A stretch of 32,000 nt of DNA from Wigglesworthia glossinidia endosymbiont of Glossina brevipalpis (lineage in GTDB: Bacteria; Pseudomonadota; Gammaproteobacteria; Enterobacterales; Enterobacteriaceae): NCBI GenBank assembly GCA_000008885.1, contig BA000021.3, forward strand, positions 210,001-242,000. Reading direction: 5' to 3'. The notes under the pieces are model-generated. The model was not told where the DNA came from and did no database searches. It worked only from the letters and a program-made list of their open reading frames with translations. This document shows positions 10,765 through 20,105 of this stretch, in pieces (position 1 is the stretch's first letter; the number at the start of each line of letters is the position of its first letter). A program made the translations under genes and the position numbers.

Positions 10765-11754
10765 ATGAAAAAATATTTTATAACTATTGTTTTATTATTT
10801 GCTTTTTTATTTATGTATTTTGCATTGTTTATAGTACAAGAAGGCCAAAGAGGGTTAGTTTTAAGGTTTGGAAAAGTTTTAAGAGATAAAAATAATACAC
10901 CAACTATATATCAACCTGGCATGCATATAAAAATTCCATTCATAGAAACTGTAAAACATCTTGATGCTAAAATACAAACTATGGAAAATCAAGCAGACAG
11001 ATTTGTTACTATGGAAAAAAAAGATCTTATTATAGATTCTTATATAAAATGGAAAATTATTGATTTCAGTAGATATTATTTAGCTACAGGGGGTGGAGAC
11101 GTATCTCAAGGAGAGGTATTGTTAAAAAGAAAATTTTCTGACAGGTTAAGATCTGAATTAGGTAAATTAGACGTAAAAGGAATTGTAACAGATTCTAGAA
11201 ATAGATTAATGAGTGATGTTAGATCTGCTTTAAATAATGGAACTTCAGGAAACGAAGAAGAAGAAATATTATATAATAAAAAAATTTTTGATAATAAAAT
11301 AATAAATTCAGAATACATTCCTCAAGAAATTGAAATTCATCCAAACAGTATGGCAGCTTTAGGAATTAAAGTTGTAGATGTAAGAATAAAGCAAATTAAT
11401 TTACCCTCAGAAGTATCAGATGCTATTTATCAAAGGATGAGAGCAGAAAGAGAAGCGGTTGCTAGAAGTCATAGATCTCAAGGAAAAGAAGAGGCAGAAA
11501 AATTAAGAGCTGCGGCAGACTATCAAGTTGCTAGAATTTTAGCAGAAGCTAAAAAACAATCATTAATAATAAAAGGTGAGGCAGATGCAGAAACAGCAAA
11601 ACTTTACGCTTTTTCTTTCAATGCTGATCCAGAGTTTTATGTATTTATAAGAAGTTTAAGGGCTTATGAAAATAGTTTTAAGGGAAACCAAGATCTTATT
11701 TTAATAGATTCAAGTAATAATTTTTTACGTTTTATGAATAATTCAAATAAATAA
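10765..11754 (+). CDS. hflC: FtsH modulator HflC
   Basis: 329-aa SPFH/band-7 ORF with FIVQEGQRGLVLRFGKV, MDNRFVT-like motifs and ERGEAVARSHRSQGKEEAEKLR-like regions (actual sequence RAEREAVARSHRSQGKEEAEKLRAAADYQV). It lies directly downstream of hflK. Confidence 0.95.
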   Translation: MKKYFITIVLLFAFLFMYFALFIVQEGQRGLVLRFGKVLRDKNNTPTIYQPGMHIKIPFIETVKHLDAKIQTMENQADRFVTMEKKDLIIDSYIKWKIIDFSRYYLATGGGDVSQGEVLLKRKFSDRLRSELGKLDVKGIVTDSRNRLMSDVRSALNNGTSGNEEEEILYNKKIFDNKIINSEYIPQEIEIHPNSMAALGIKVVDVRIKQINLPSEVSDAIYQRMRAEREAVARSHRSQGKEEAEKLRAAADYQVARILAEAKKQSLIIKGEADAETAKLYAFSFNADPEFYVFIRSLRAYENSFKGNQDLILIDSSNNFLRFMNNSNK

Positions 11755-12554
11755 TATAAAATTATATTTTCAAAAAATTTAAATTGATTATATTTATATT
11801 AAATAAAAATTTTTAATATATTTTAAAATGTTCTATGTATTTAATAACTTTTTACTTTTTTAAATAAAAAATTTAAATAATTTAAATTAATTTTAATTTT
11901 TATAAATTAAAGATTTTTTTTCTTAAAAATAAAAAATAAATAAATATTAAAAATATGAATAAAATTTTTTTAAAAACTTTTTTTATAGATCGTTCACGTT
12001 TTTAAAAAATTATTTTATTTAAATAATACATATTAAAAAAATTACATCTTTTGTAATTGATAATTATAAAAATTATTTTAATAAATGCTTAAAAAAATAA
12101 TTTTATTAAATATTTTAGAATGATATTTATATAAAATAAATAAAAGAATTATTTTATTATTAATAACTTTTTTAAAAAAATAAATTAAAAAATAGAAGTT
12201 TTGATAAAAACAAAATTATAATTAATTGATTAAAAATTATATTTAATATATATAAATATATAAAATATTTATATAAATATCTAAAAATTTAGAAAATCTA
12301 GTTCAAATTAATAAAATGTTGTAATTTAATATAAAATAAAAAATATTTTTTATTTTTAAATAAAATTTAAAATCAAATTTTTAATAAAAAAATAATAAAT
12401 ATAAATTAATAAAAATTAATAAATTGCACTTAAAAAAATAATAACACTTAAGTAAATTTGAATTCAAAATAATAATTAAATAATAAATAAAAAATTTATT
12501 TTATTAAAATAAAAAAAATTAATTTATTTTTTTTTGTAAAAGTAAATATAAATT
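11755..12554. other. ~800 bp apparently non-coding, very AT-rich spacer between convergent hflC and MFS transporter genes
   Basis: No supplied ORF lies here. By eye there is no tRNA T-loop in a foldable context and no recognisable protein motif. It is the longest gap in the window. Confidence 0.7.
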
Positions 12555-13901
12555 TTACAATTTAATTTCTTTAGAAAATAAATAAATAATGCAACCAAAT
12601 AGAAAAAAAAATGATAATAAAATAAAATATTTTGGTAAATCAAAATAGCTAAAATAATTTATTTTATAAATATTACTAAAGTATATTGGTCCAATTATTT
12701 TTGCAGTAGCTCCAATTCCATGGGATATACCTAAACATATAGATTTTGCTTCTTTTATAAAAATTTCGCTTCCAAATGTATTTATTACACCAAAAGCTCC
12801 ATCTCCAAATATCATAATAATGAATAATCCTATAATAAAAATTTTAATATTAGGAAAATCATATTCTGAATTCATTTCATGAAAAACAGAAAAAAATAAA
12901 AATATATATCCTATTGAACCAAAAAATCCAAATATAAAAATTACATATTTTCTTTTTATATAATCTGAAATAAATGAAGATAACAATCTTCCTGATAAAT
13001 TTCCCAAGGATAAATATAAAAATATTTTAGATATTTCATTAATTTTTATAAAAAATATGTTTTTCAACAAAATTTGACCACAGGATTGTATAAAAAAACT
13101 ACTCAAAGTAAAACAAAAAAAACCTAAACTTATTATAATTAAATTAAATTTATTTTTCTTAATTATTTTTTTTATTGATACTTTTTTATGTTTTAATTTT
13201 ATAAAATTCTTCAATACCTTTTCTCTTGACAACATAAATGCCCAAGAATATGATTTTATTGCATTTTCTATTCTATTTTTTTTGATCAAAAAATATGGAG
13301 ATTCAGGTAAATTATATATCCATATTAACAATACTATGGGAAAAGAACCTAGAATTATAACTCCTTTCCAACCAATTTTATCTATAAAATAACTAGTTGC
13401 AAAAGATCCTAAAAATAAACCTATCGGAACAAATAGAGAAGATATTCCTGATATTACTCCTCTTCTTTTGTAAGGAATGAATTCGTGTAAATAAGGTAAT
13501 ATTGTAACATTTATACCTCCTGACCCTAAACCTATCATTAATCTTATAAAAGAAAATAACATCCAATCGTTTTCATTGATAAATATAAATAAAGAATTAA
13601 AAAAGGATATTATAAATATAGATATTATTATTGTAGATTTTCTACCATATAATTCTGATATATAACCAAATATTAAATACCCTAGTATAATCCCAAAACC
13701 TGAAGAAGAAAGTATAATGCCTGTATTATCTGACATGTCCTTGTACATTTCTTTTTCTGATATAAAAGAAACTACAAAACTTATTATAAATAAGTCAAAA
13801 AATTCTGCCAATGTAATAAAAATTGTTATTAAAACTATTTTTAGTTGATTTTTATTTAGATCAAAATAGCATATTTTTTTTGTAAAACCTTTGGTTTTCA
13901 T
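12555..13901 (-). CDS. Major facilitator superfamily transporter, sugar/metabolite:H+ symporter-like, substrate unknown
   Basis: 448-aa hydrophobic ORF with 12-TM character, MFS motif GYLIFGYISELYGRK, repeat motif GRLLSSFISDYIKRK and PESPYFL (the sugar-porter-like PESPR signature). Confidence 0.85.
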   Translation of the reverse strand: MKTKGFTKKICYFDLNKNQLKIVLITIFITLAEFFDLFIISFVVSFISEKEMYKDMSDNTGIILSSSGFGIILGYLIFGYISELYGRKSTIIISIFIISFFNSLFIFINENDWMLFSFIRLMIGLGSGGINVTILPYLHEFIPYKRRGVISGISSLFVPIGLFLGSFATSYFIDKIGWKGVIILGSFPIVLLIWIYNLPESPYFLIKKNRIENAIKSYSWAFMLSREKVLKNFIKLKHKKVSIKKIIKKNKFNLIIISLGFFCFTLSSFFIQSCGQILLKNIFFIKINEISKIFLYLSLGNLSGRLLSSFISDYIKRKYVIFIFGFFGSIGYIFLFFSVFHEMNSEYDFPNIKIFIIGLFIIMIFGDGAFGVINTFGSEIFIKEAKSICLGISHGIGATAKIIGPIYFSNIYKINYFSYFDLPKYFILLSFFFLFGCIIYLFSKEIKL

Positions 13902-14027
13902 TTATTTTTAATTTTAATTTAATTTAAAATATTTTTATATATTTTGTTTAAAAATTAATTTTATTTTTTTTGCTTAATTATTTAAAAATTATTATAAATA
14001 ATTTATGAGGGAAAATTTTTATTTATT

Positions 14028-14705
14028 TTATTTTTTGGAAAAAAACAACTTTACAAAAAAAGAAAACAAAGAACATGATAAATAATACAAAAAACCAACA
14101 AAAACAAAAATTTCCAAAGAATAAATTTGAAATAAATTGTTTAATTGACTACCAATAGTTGTAAGTTCTGGAACATTTAATATAAATGCTAAAGATGTAT
14201 CTTTTACTAAAGAAATAATTAATACACTCCAGGATGGAATCGCATTTTTTATTGATTGAGGTAAAAGAATTATCCAAAATACTTGAAAATAATTTAATCC
14301 TTCTGATAATCCAGCTTCTGTTTGCCCTTTTGGCAAAGATTTAATGCTAGATAATGTAGAGTGCATTATAGCTAAAGAATTAAACCATACTAAAGCTATT
14401 ATAATTGTTAATTCTTGTGATATATAACTTGAAAAAATCAACGGAAATGTAAAATAAATCCAAAAAATAATAAATATTAAAGGAATTCCTCTAATAATTT
14501 CTGACAAAAAAAATAATATTTTATAAAAAAAATTAGGAAAACACCATGAAATCATTGTAAAAATCACACCAAGTAATAAAGAAATTATTCCTGAAAAAAA
14601 AGCAATAAATAAAGTAAGAAGCAAACCTTCTAAATTTCCATTTGAAATATTTCCAAATATAAAATACGATAAATTTTCTGATATAACTGACCATTCAAAA
14701 TTCAT
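14028..14705 (-). CDS. gltK: Amino-acid ABC transporter permease, GltK-like
   Basis: 225-aa HisM/GltK-type permease with EIIRGIPLIFIIFWIYF and a SEGLNYFQVFWIILLPQSIKNAIPSW EAA-loop region. It lies within an ABC operon. Confidence 0.8.
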   Translation of the reverse strand: MNFEWSVISENLSYFIFGNISNGNLEGLLLTLFIAFFSGIISLLLGVIFTMISWCFPNFFYKILFFLSEIIRGIPLIFIIFWIYFTFPLIFSSYISQELTIIIALVWFNSLAIMHSTLSSIKSLPKGQTEAGLSEGLNYFQVFWIILLPQSIKNAIPSWSVLIISLVKDTSLAFILNVPELTTIGSQLNNLFQIYSLEIFVFVGFLYYLSCSLFSFFVKLFFSKK

Positions 14706-14744
14706 ATAAATTATTTATCTTAAATAAAAGATGTTATTTAATTT

Positions 14745-15467
14745 TTATTTTATTAAAAAACAAGATAATATTTTGCTAATTAAATAACCCAATATTAAAT
14801 ACAAAAATGTTCCTACTGCAAATGCTTCAATTGCATGGGCATTATAACTTTCTATTTGATTTATACTATAAGTCAACTCTCCAAATCCTATAGCAGAAGT
14901 TAAAGAAGATAATTTAAGCAAATTTAAGTATTGCCCTATCATTGGTTGCCAAGCATTTTTTATACCTTGAGGAATAAGTATTTTTTTATATATATACCAT
15001 TTTTTAAATCCTTGTGATTTTGCTGCATCTTTTTGTCCTTTAGATATAGCGTTTAGCCCTGTTTGTAACTCTTCTACTAAATAAACAGAAGAAAAAATAG
15101 ATAAAGACCAAATAGAACATATAAGCTCTGAAGTAAATAAATAAATAATATTTGAAAAAATAGTAAAGCTTGGGCTAGAAGAAATTATACTTATTATAGA
15201 GTTAGAAACTTTATTCCAAACAGAAAAGTACCAAAAAAACAATTGTACTAAAATTGGAGTATTTCTAATAATTGATTCTAATGATATAATGAAAAATTTA
15301 AAAAATTTATTTAATGATTGTTTTAAAAAAAATAAAAAAGCTGTAAAAATTGTAGAAAAAAATATACTAATAATTGTTACAAATAAAGTATTAAATAACC
15401 CGATAATTATCCATGCAAATGATTCTTTTTGAATTATTCCATACCAATCAAGCTCAAATAAATTCAT
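14745..15467 (-). CDS. gltJ: Amino-acid ABC transporter permease, GltJ-like
   Basis: 240-aa ORF with ESIIRNTPILVQLFFWYF, GQKDAAKSQGFKKWYIYKKILIPQGIKNAWQPMIGQYLNLLKLSSLTSAIG and SYNAHAIEAF, resembling GltJ. Confidence 0.82.
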   Translation of the reverse strand: MNLFELDWYGIIQKESFAWIIIGLFNTLFVTIISIFFSTIFTAFLFFLKQSLNKFFKFFIISLESIIRNTPILVQLFFWYFSVWNKVSNSIISIISSSPSFTIFSNIIYLFTSELICSIWSLSIFSSVYLVEELQTGLNAISKGQKDAAKSQGFKKWYIYKKILIPQGIKNAWQPMIGQYLNLLKLSSLTSAIGFGELTYSINQIESYNAHAIEAFAVGTFLYLILGYLISKILSCFLIK

Positions 15468-15483
15468 AACTAATTATTCTCAA

Positions 15484-16257
15484 TTATTTTATTGGAAATA
15501 AAATTTTATCTAAAAATTTTTTTGTTCTTGGATGCTTTGGAGAAGAAAAAAATGATTCTGGATCTGATTTTTCAATAATTTCTCCAGAAGATATAAAAAC
15601 AATAGTATCTGCTATTTTTTTTGCAAATTGAATTTCGTGAGTTACAATAACCATTGTAATACCGTGGTTTACTAATTTTTTTATAACAACCATAACTTCA
15701 CTTATCATTTCTGGATCTAATGCTGAAGTTGGTTCATCAAGTATCATAATTTTCACGTCTGTAGCCAAAGCTCTAGCTATTGCTACTCTTTGTTGTTGGC
15801 CGCCAGATAATTCGTGTGGATAACATTTATTTTTATTTATTAATCCAACTTCTTTTAATTTAGAAATAGAATAATCATATGCATGATTTTTTTCCCATTT
15901 TTGTATCTTTATCAAAGATAAAGCCACATTTTCCAAAACATTTAAATTAGCATATAAATTAAATTGTTGAAAAACAAAACCAATTTTTGTTCTTAATATT
16001 CTCAACTTATGCCCTTTTAAATTAGATATAGGATTTCCATATACAAAAATCTCTCCACTATCAAACATTTCTAATTTATTAATCAATCTTATAAGAGTGG
16101 ATTTTCCAGATCCAGATGGTCCGCAAATTACAATAATTTCTCCAGATTTAATTTTTAAATTAATGTTTTTTAATATTAATTGATTTTTAAATTTTTTATT
16201 AACATTAATAAATTCAATAATTATTTCTGAATTTTTTTTATATATTTTTGAATTCAT
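15484..16257 (-). CDS. gltL: Polar amino-acid ABC transporter ATP-binding protein, GltL-like
   Basis: 257-aa ORF with Walker A GPSGSGKSTLIR, Q-loop FQQFNLY, signature LSGGQQQRVAIARAL, Walker B IMILDEPTSALDPE and H-loop VTHE. Confidence 0.9.
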   Translation of the reverse strand: MNSKIYKKNSEIIIEFINVNKKFKNQLILKNINLKIKSGEIIVICGPSGSGKSTLIRLINKLEMFDSGEIFVYGNPISNLKGHKLRILRTKIGFVFQQFNLYANLNVLENVALSLIKIQKWEKNHAYDYSISKLKEVGLINKNKCYPHELSGGQQQRVAIARALATDVKIMILDEPTSALDPEMISEVMVVIKKLVNHGITMVIVTHEIQFAKKIADTIVFISSGEIIEKSDPESFFSSPKHPRTKKFLDKILFPIK

Positions 16258-16289
16258 TTTAAATGATAACTTTTAATTAGATATATTAT

Positions 16290-17072
16290 TTATTTTTTAT
16301 TTCCGAACCATTTATTATAAATTATTAATTTTTTTCCAGATTCTTCTAGAATTTTTAATGCTTTATTAACTTCTGATAATAAATCATCCTCTCCTTTTTT
16401 TACACCTATACCAATAACTTCCTTGCTAATAGTTTCTTGCAAAATTTTATATTTATCTTTATCTGGAGCTGCTAATAAAAGACCTGAAAGTATTGTACTA
16501 TCCTGAGTAATTGCTTTTACATTTCCATTTCTTAATGCAGAAAATGCCATTGGAATGTCTTCATAAGAAATAATTTGAGCTTTTGGCAAAATATCATGTA
16601 AAGTTTTTTGACCTGTAGTCCCTTTTACTGCTCCAATTTTATCAAACGAATAATCTTTTAATTCGTTGGAAGAATATTTGTTAACTAAAAGTTTTTGATG
16701 AGTAACAAAATAAGGTACAGAAAAATTAATTACTTTTTCCCTTTCTTTAGTAATAGTAATATCTGCAATAATTAAATCTACTTTGCCAGATTGTAATAAT
16801 GGTATTCTATTAGATGGATTAGTTGGTATTAATTTTAATTTAACTCCAAGTATATTAGCTATTTCTTTGGAAAAATCAGCGTCATATCCTATTATACTAT
16901 GATTTTTTAAATCTATTTTTCCAAATGGAGGATTAGAATCAAATATAGCTACTCTTAATAATCCAGATTTTTTTATATCCTCTAGCTTTGAAGCAAATGA
17001 TAAATTAAATATAAAAAAACTAATTAGTATAATTGATTTTAACAATGAATTAAAAAAATTTTTGTTTAACAT
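16290..17072 (-). CDS. gltI: Amino-acid ABC transporter periplasmic substrate-binding protein, GltI-like (start corrected from 17162)
   Basis: SBP_bac_3-type protein: SGLLRVAIFDSNPPFG, VKLKLIPTNPSNRIPLLQSGKVDLIIADITITKEREKVINFS. The internal ATG at 17072 is preceded by AAGGA and gives a signal peptide, MLNKNFFNSLLKSIILISFFIFNLSFA|S. The extra 30 residues in the track ORF overlap yacG. Confidence 0.85.
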   Translation of the reverse strand: MLNKNFFNSLLKSIILISFFIFNLSFASKLEDIKKSGLLRVAIFDSNPPFGKIDLKNHSIIGYDADFSKEIANILGVKLKLIPTNPSNRIPLLQSGKVDLIIADITITKEREKVINFSVPYFVTHQKLLVNKYSSNELKDYSFDKIGAVKGTTGQKTLHDILPKAQIISYEDIPMAFSALRNGNVKAITQDSTILSGLLLAAPDKDKYKILQETISKEVIGIGVKKGEDDLLSEVNKALKILEESGKKLIIYNKWFGNKK

Positions 17073-17139
17073 TTTATTCCTTTTTTTAAATAAATATTTA
17101 ATAATTTTATTTTTTAAAATAAATATTTGAAATTTATAT

Positions 17140-17286
17140 TTAAAATAATTTATATTTTCCACTTATCCATTGATAAAGATCTATTATTTTACATTTTTTG
17201 CTACAAAATGGAAAAAATAAATTTTTCTCTCTTAAAAAAATTTTTTTTTTGCATATTGAGCATTTTATTTTATTACCAAAATTCAA
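17140..17286 (-). CDS. yacG: Small zinc-finger protein YacG (DNA gyrase inhibitor family), 48 aa, TTG start; absent from the supplied ORF track
   Basis: Manual reverse-strand translation gives MNFGNKIKCSICKKKIFLREKNLFFPFCSKKCKIIDLYQWISGKYKLF*. It has C-x2-C and C-x3-C pairs, and PFCSKKCKIIDL matches the YacG signature PFCSKRCQLIDL. TAGGAG lies about 5 nt upstream of the TTG. It is directly downstream of coaE, consistent with the E. coli coaE-zapD-yacG cluster minus zapD. Confidence 0.88.
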   Translation of the reverse strand: MNFGNKIKCSICKKKIFLREKNLFFPFCSKKCKIIDLYQWISGKYKLF

Positions 17287-17353
17287 TTTTGCTCCTAAAT
17301 AAATTTTTTTGAATTAAAAAAATAAAATTTTATTAAAATTAAATTTATTTATA

Positions 17354-17980
17354 TCACATGTCATATTTAAAATATTTTTTTGATTTAAATAAGTAATATT
17401 TATGTAATTCAAAAACTTTTCTCCTAATGCATGAATAATCATAATTATTAATAATATCATGAGCAAATGTCAACCTCTTCTCTCTTGATATCTGAAAATT
17501 AATAATATTAAGTATTTGATTTTTGCTTACATTATCTCTTAATATTGATCTTTTAATTTGAATTTCTGGATCCACATCAATTACTAAAATCCTATTTACG
17601 TATTTGTATAAATTTTCTTCTATTAGTAAAGAAGTTACCCATATTATATATGGAAAATTTACATTACTAATAATTTTTTTTATTTTTTTTTTAACAACAG
17701 GATGCAAAATTTTATTTATAAATAGCACAGAACTTTTAGATTCAAAAATACATTCTCTTAAAACTAATTTGCTATATTTATTATTATTCAAAGAAAAATT
17801 TATTCCTAGTTTATTTTTTATAGAATTAAGAATACTCTTTTCTGAAAACATTATTTTTTTAGAAATTATATCAGATTCTATTATTGGAACTTTTAGTTCA
17901 GAAAAAATTTTAGCTATTGTGCTTTTCCCACTGCCAATACCTCCAGTCATTGCCACAATATATGGAGAATTTATTAACAT
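17354..17980 (-). CDS. coaE: Dephospho-CoA kinase
   Basis: 208-aa ORF with [19 protein letters not shown]-loop, [11 protein letters not shown] and HPVVKKKI. Confidence 0.95.
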
Positions 17981-18281
17981 TTTTATAAATTTAAAATTTA
18001 TTTTATATTATTTAGATAATATATTATTTTTTATAAATAAAATATTATTTTTTTTTAAATTATTTTAAAATGTTATAAAAATTAAATTTTTAAAAAAATT
18101 TTTTTAAATTAAAAATAGTATTTTATTTTTCTATATGATATTTTTAAAATTTTAATTACTTATATTTAAATAAATTTTTAATTAATTTACAATAAATATT
18201 GTTGTTTTATTTAAAAGATTTAAAAAAATAGTAAAAATAAATATTTTTTAAATATTAAAATTAAAACATATTATAAATAAA

Positions 18282-20081
18282 ATGGAAAATATAAGAAATT
18301 TTTCTATAATAGCTCACATAAATCATGGAAAATCAACTCTATCTGATAGACTTATTCAAATTTGTGGAAATATTTCTAATAGAGAGATGAGTAATCAAAT
18401 ACTAGATACAATGGATTTAGAAAGAGAAAGAGGAATAACTATAAAGGCACAAAGTGTAAGGCTAAATTATAAAGCAAAAAATAAAAAAAATTATCAATTA
18501 AATTTAATAGATACACCTGGACATGCAGATTTTTCATACGAAGTTTCTAGATCTTTATCAGCATGTGAAGGCGCTTTATTAATAATAGACTCATCTCAAG
18601 GAATAGAGGCTCAAACTATAGCAAATTTTTATTGTGCAATTGAGATGAAAATAAAAATAATACCTGTTTTAAATAAAATAGATTTACCAAATTCTGATCC
18701 TGATAAAATTTCAAAAGAAATTGAATCTATGATGGGAATTAAATCAAAAGAAATAATAAAATGTTCTGCAAAAACAGGATACGGAGTTTATGAAATACTT
18801 GAAAATATAGTATGTAATTTAACACCTCCTATTGGTAATATAAATAAACCATTACAAGCATTAATAATTGATTCTTGGTTTGATAATTATTTAGGAATAA
18901 TAGTTTTAATAAGAATAAAAAATGGTAATTTAAAGAACGGAGAAAAAATAATAGTTATGAGCACTAAAAAAGTTTATAGTATTGCTCAAATGGGATTTTT
19001 TTCTCCAAATAAAACTAAAACAGATATTCTTAAATGTGGAGAAGTAGGATGGATAGCATGTTCTATTAAAGAAATAAAAGGAGCTCCTGTAGGAGATACA
19101 ATAACCCTTGCATCATATCCATCAGAAAAAATGTTGCCAGGATTTAAAAAAATTTTCCCAAAAGTTTTTGCGAGTATTTTCCCTACGATTTCAGAAAAAT
19201 ATCAATCTTTAAAAAATGGATTAATCAAATTAAGCTTAAATGATTCATCTTTATTCTATGAATATGAAAATTCTGATTCACTAGGAATGGGTTTTAGATG
19301 TGGATTTCTTGGATTATTGCATATGGATATTGTTAAGGAAAGATTAGAAAGAGAATATCAAATTGAATTGATAATAACTGAACCAACAGTGATTTATGAA
19401 ATATTAAAAAAAGATAATACTAAAATACATGTTAAATCTCCATCTAAAATACCTAATAAAAAATACATAAATGAACTAAGAGAGCCAATTGTAAACTGTA
19501 AAATATTATCTCCTAAAAAATATTTAGGTAAAATAATATCTTTATGTGTTGAAAAAAGAGGTATTCAAAATAACTTAATATATCTTGAAAATAAAGTTAT
19601 AATAATTTATATAATTCCAATGTCTGAAATAATATTAGATTTTTTTGATAAATTACAATCCATATCTAATGGATATGCATCTTTAGATTATAAATTTAAA
19701 TGTTTTAATAAAACTGATTCTGTTGTAATACAAACATATATTAATAAAAAATTAATAGATTCTTTAACAAAAGTAATTAATAAAAATTATATAAATTTAT
19801 ATAGCAAAAAAACAATAGAAAATTTAAAAAAAATTATACCAAGGCAGCAATTTGATATTGTTATTCATATAAAAATAAATAATAAAATTATATCTAAAGG
19901 AATAGTAAAGCAAGTAAGAAAAAATGTTTTAGAAAAATGTTATGGCGGAGATGTAAGTAGAAAAAAAAAATTACTTAAGAAACAAAAAATTGGAAAAAAA
20001 AGAATGAAAAAAATAGGAAACTTTTTTTTACCTCAAGATTCATTATTTTCTATTTTGAATATTAAAAAAAATAAAAAATAA
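18282..20081 (+). CDS. lepA: Translation elongation factor 4 (LepA/EF4)
   Basis: 599-aa GTPase with [81 protein letters not shown] and the C-terminal [13 protein letters not shown]. Confidence 0.97.
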
Positions 20082-20105
20082 AAATTTCATATTAAAGGAA
20101 AAATT

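Noticed and set aside
12290-12325. GTTCAAAT, a possible tRNA T-loop
   Set aside because: The flanking 5-bp stem does not pair (TCTAG versus TAATA), and no acceptor or anticodon arm could be assembled.
15821-15835. TGTGGATAA, a perfect DnaA-box-like 9-mer
   Set aside because: It lies inside the gltL coding sequence beside conserved YPHELSGGQ codons and is a single copy with no cluster or origin-like neighbourhood.
17127-17312. 61-aa plus-strand ORF (MKFIFKIIYIFHLSIDKD...)
   Set aside because: Low-complexity antisense reading over the yacG gene. The opposite strand carries a recognisable Cys-motif protein.
17604-18068. 154-aa plus-strand ORF opposite coaE
   Set aside because: It is antisense to a clear dephospho-CoA kinase, its composition is an AT-skew mirror artefact, and it has no recognisable domain.
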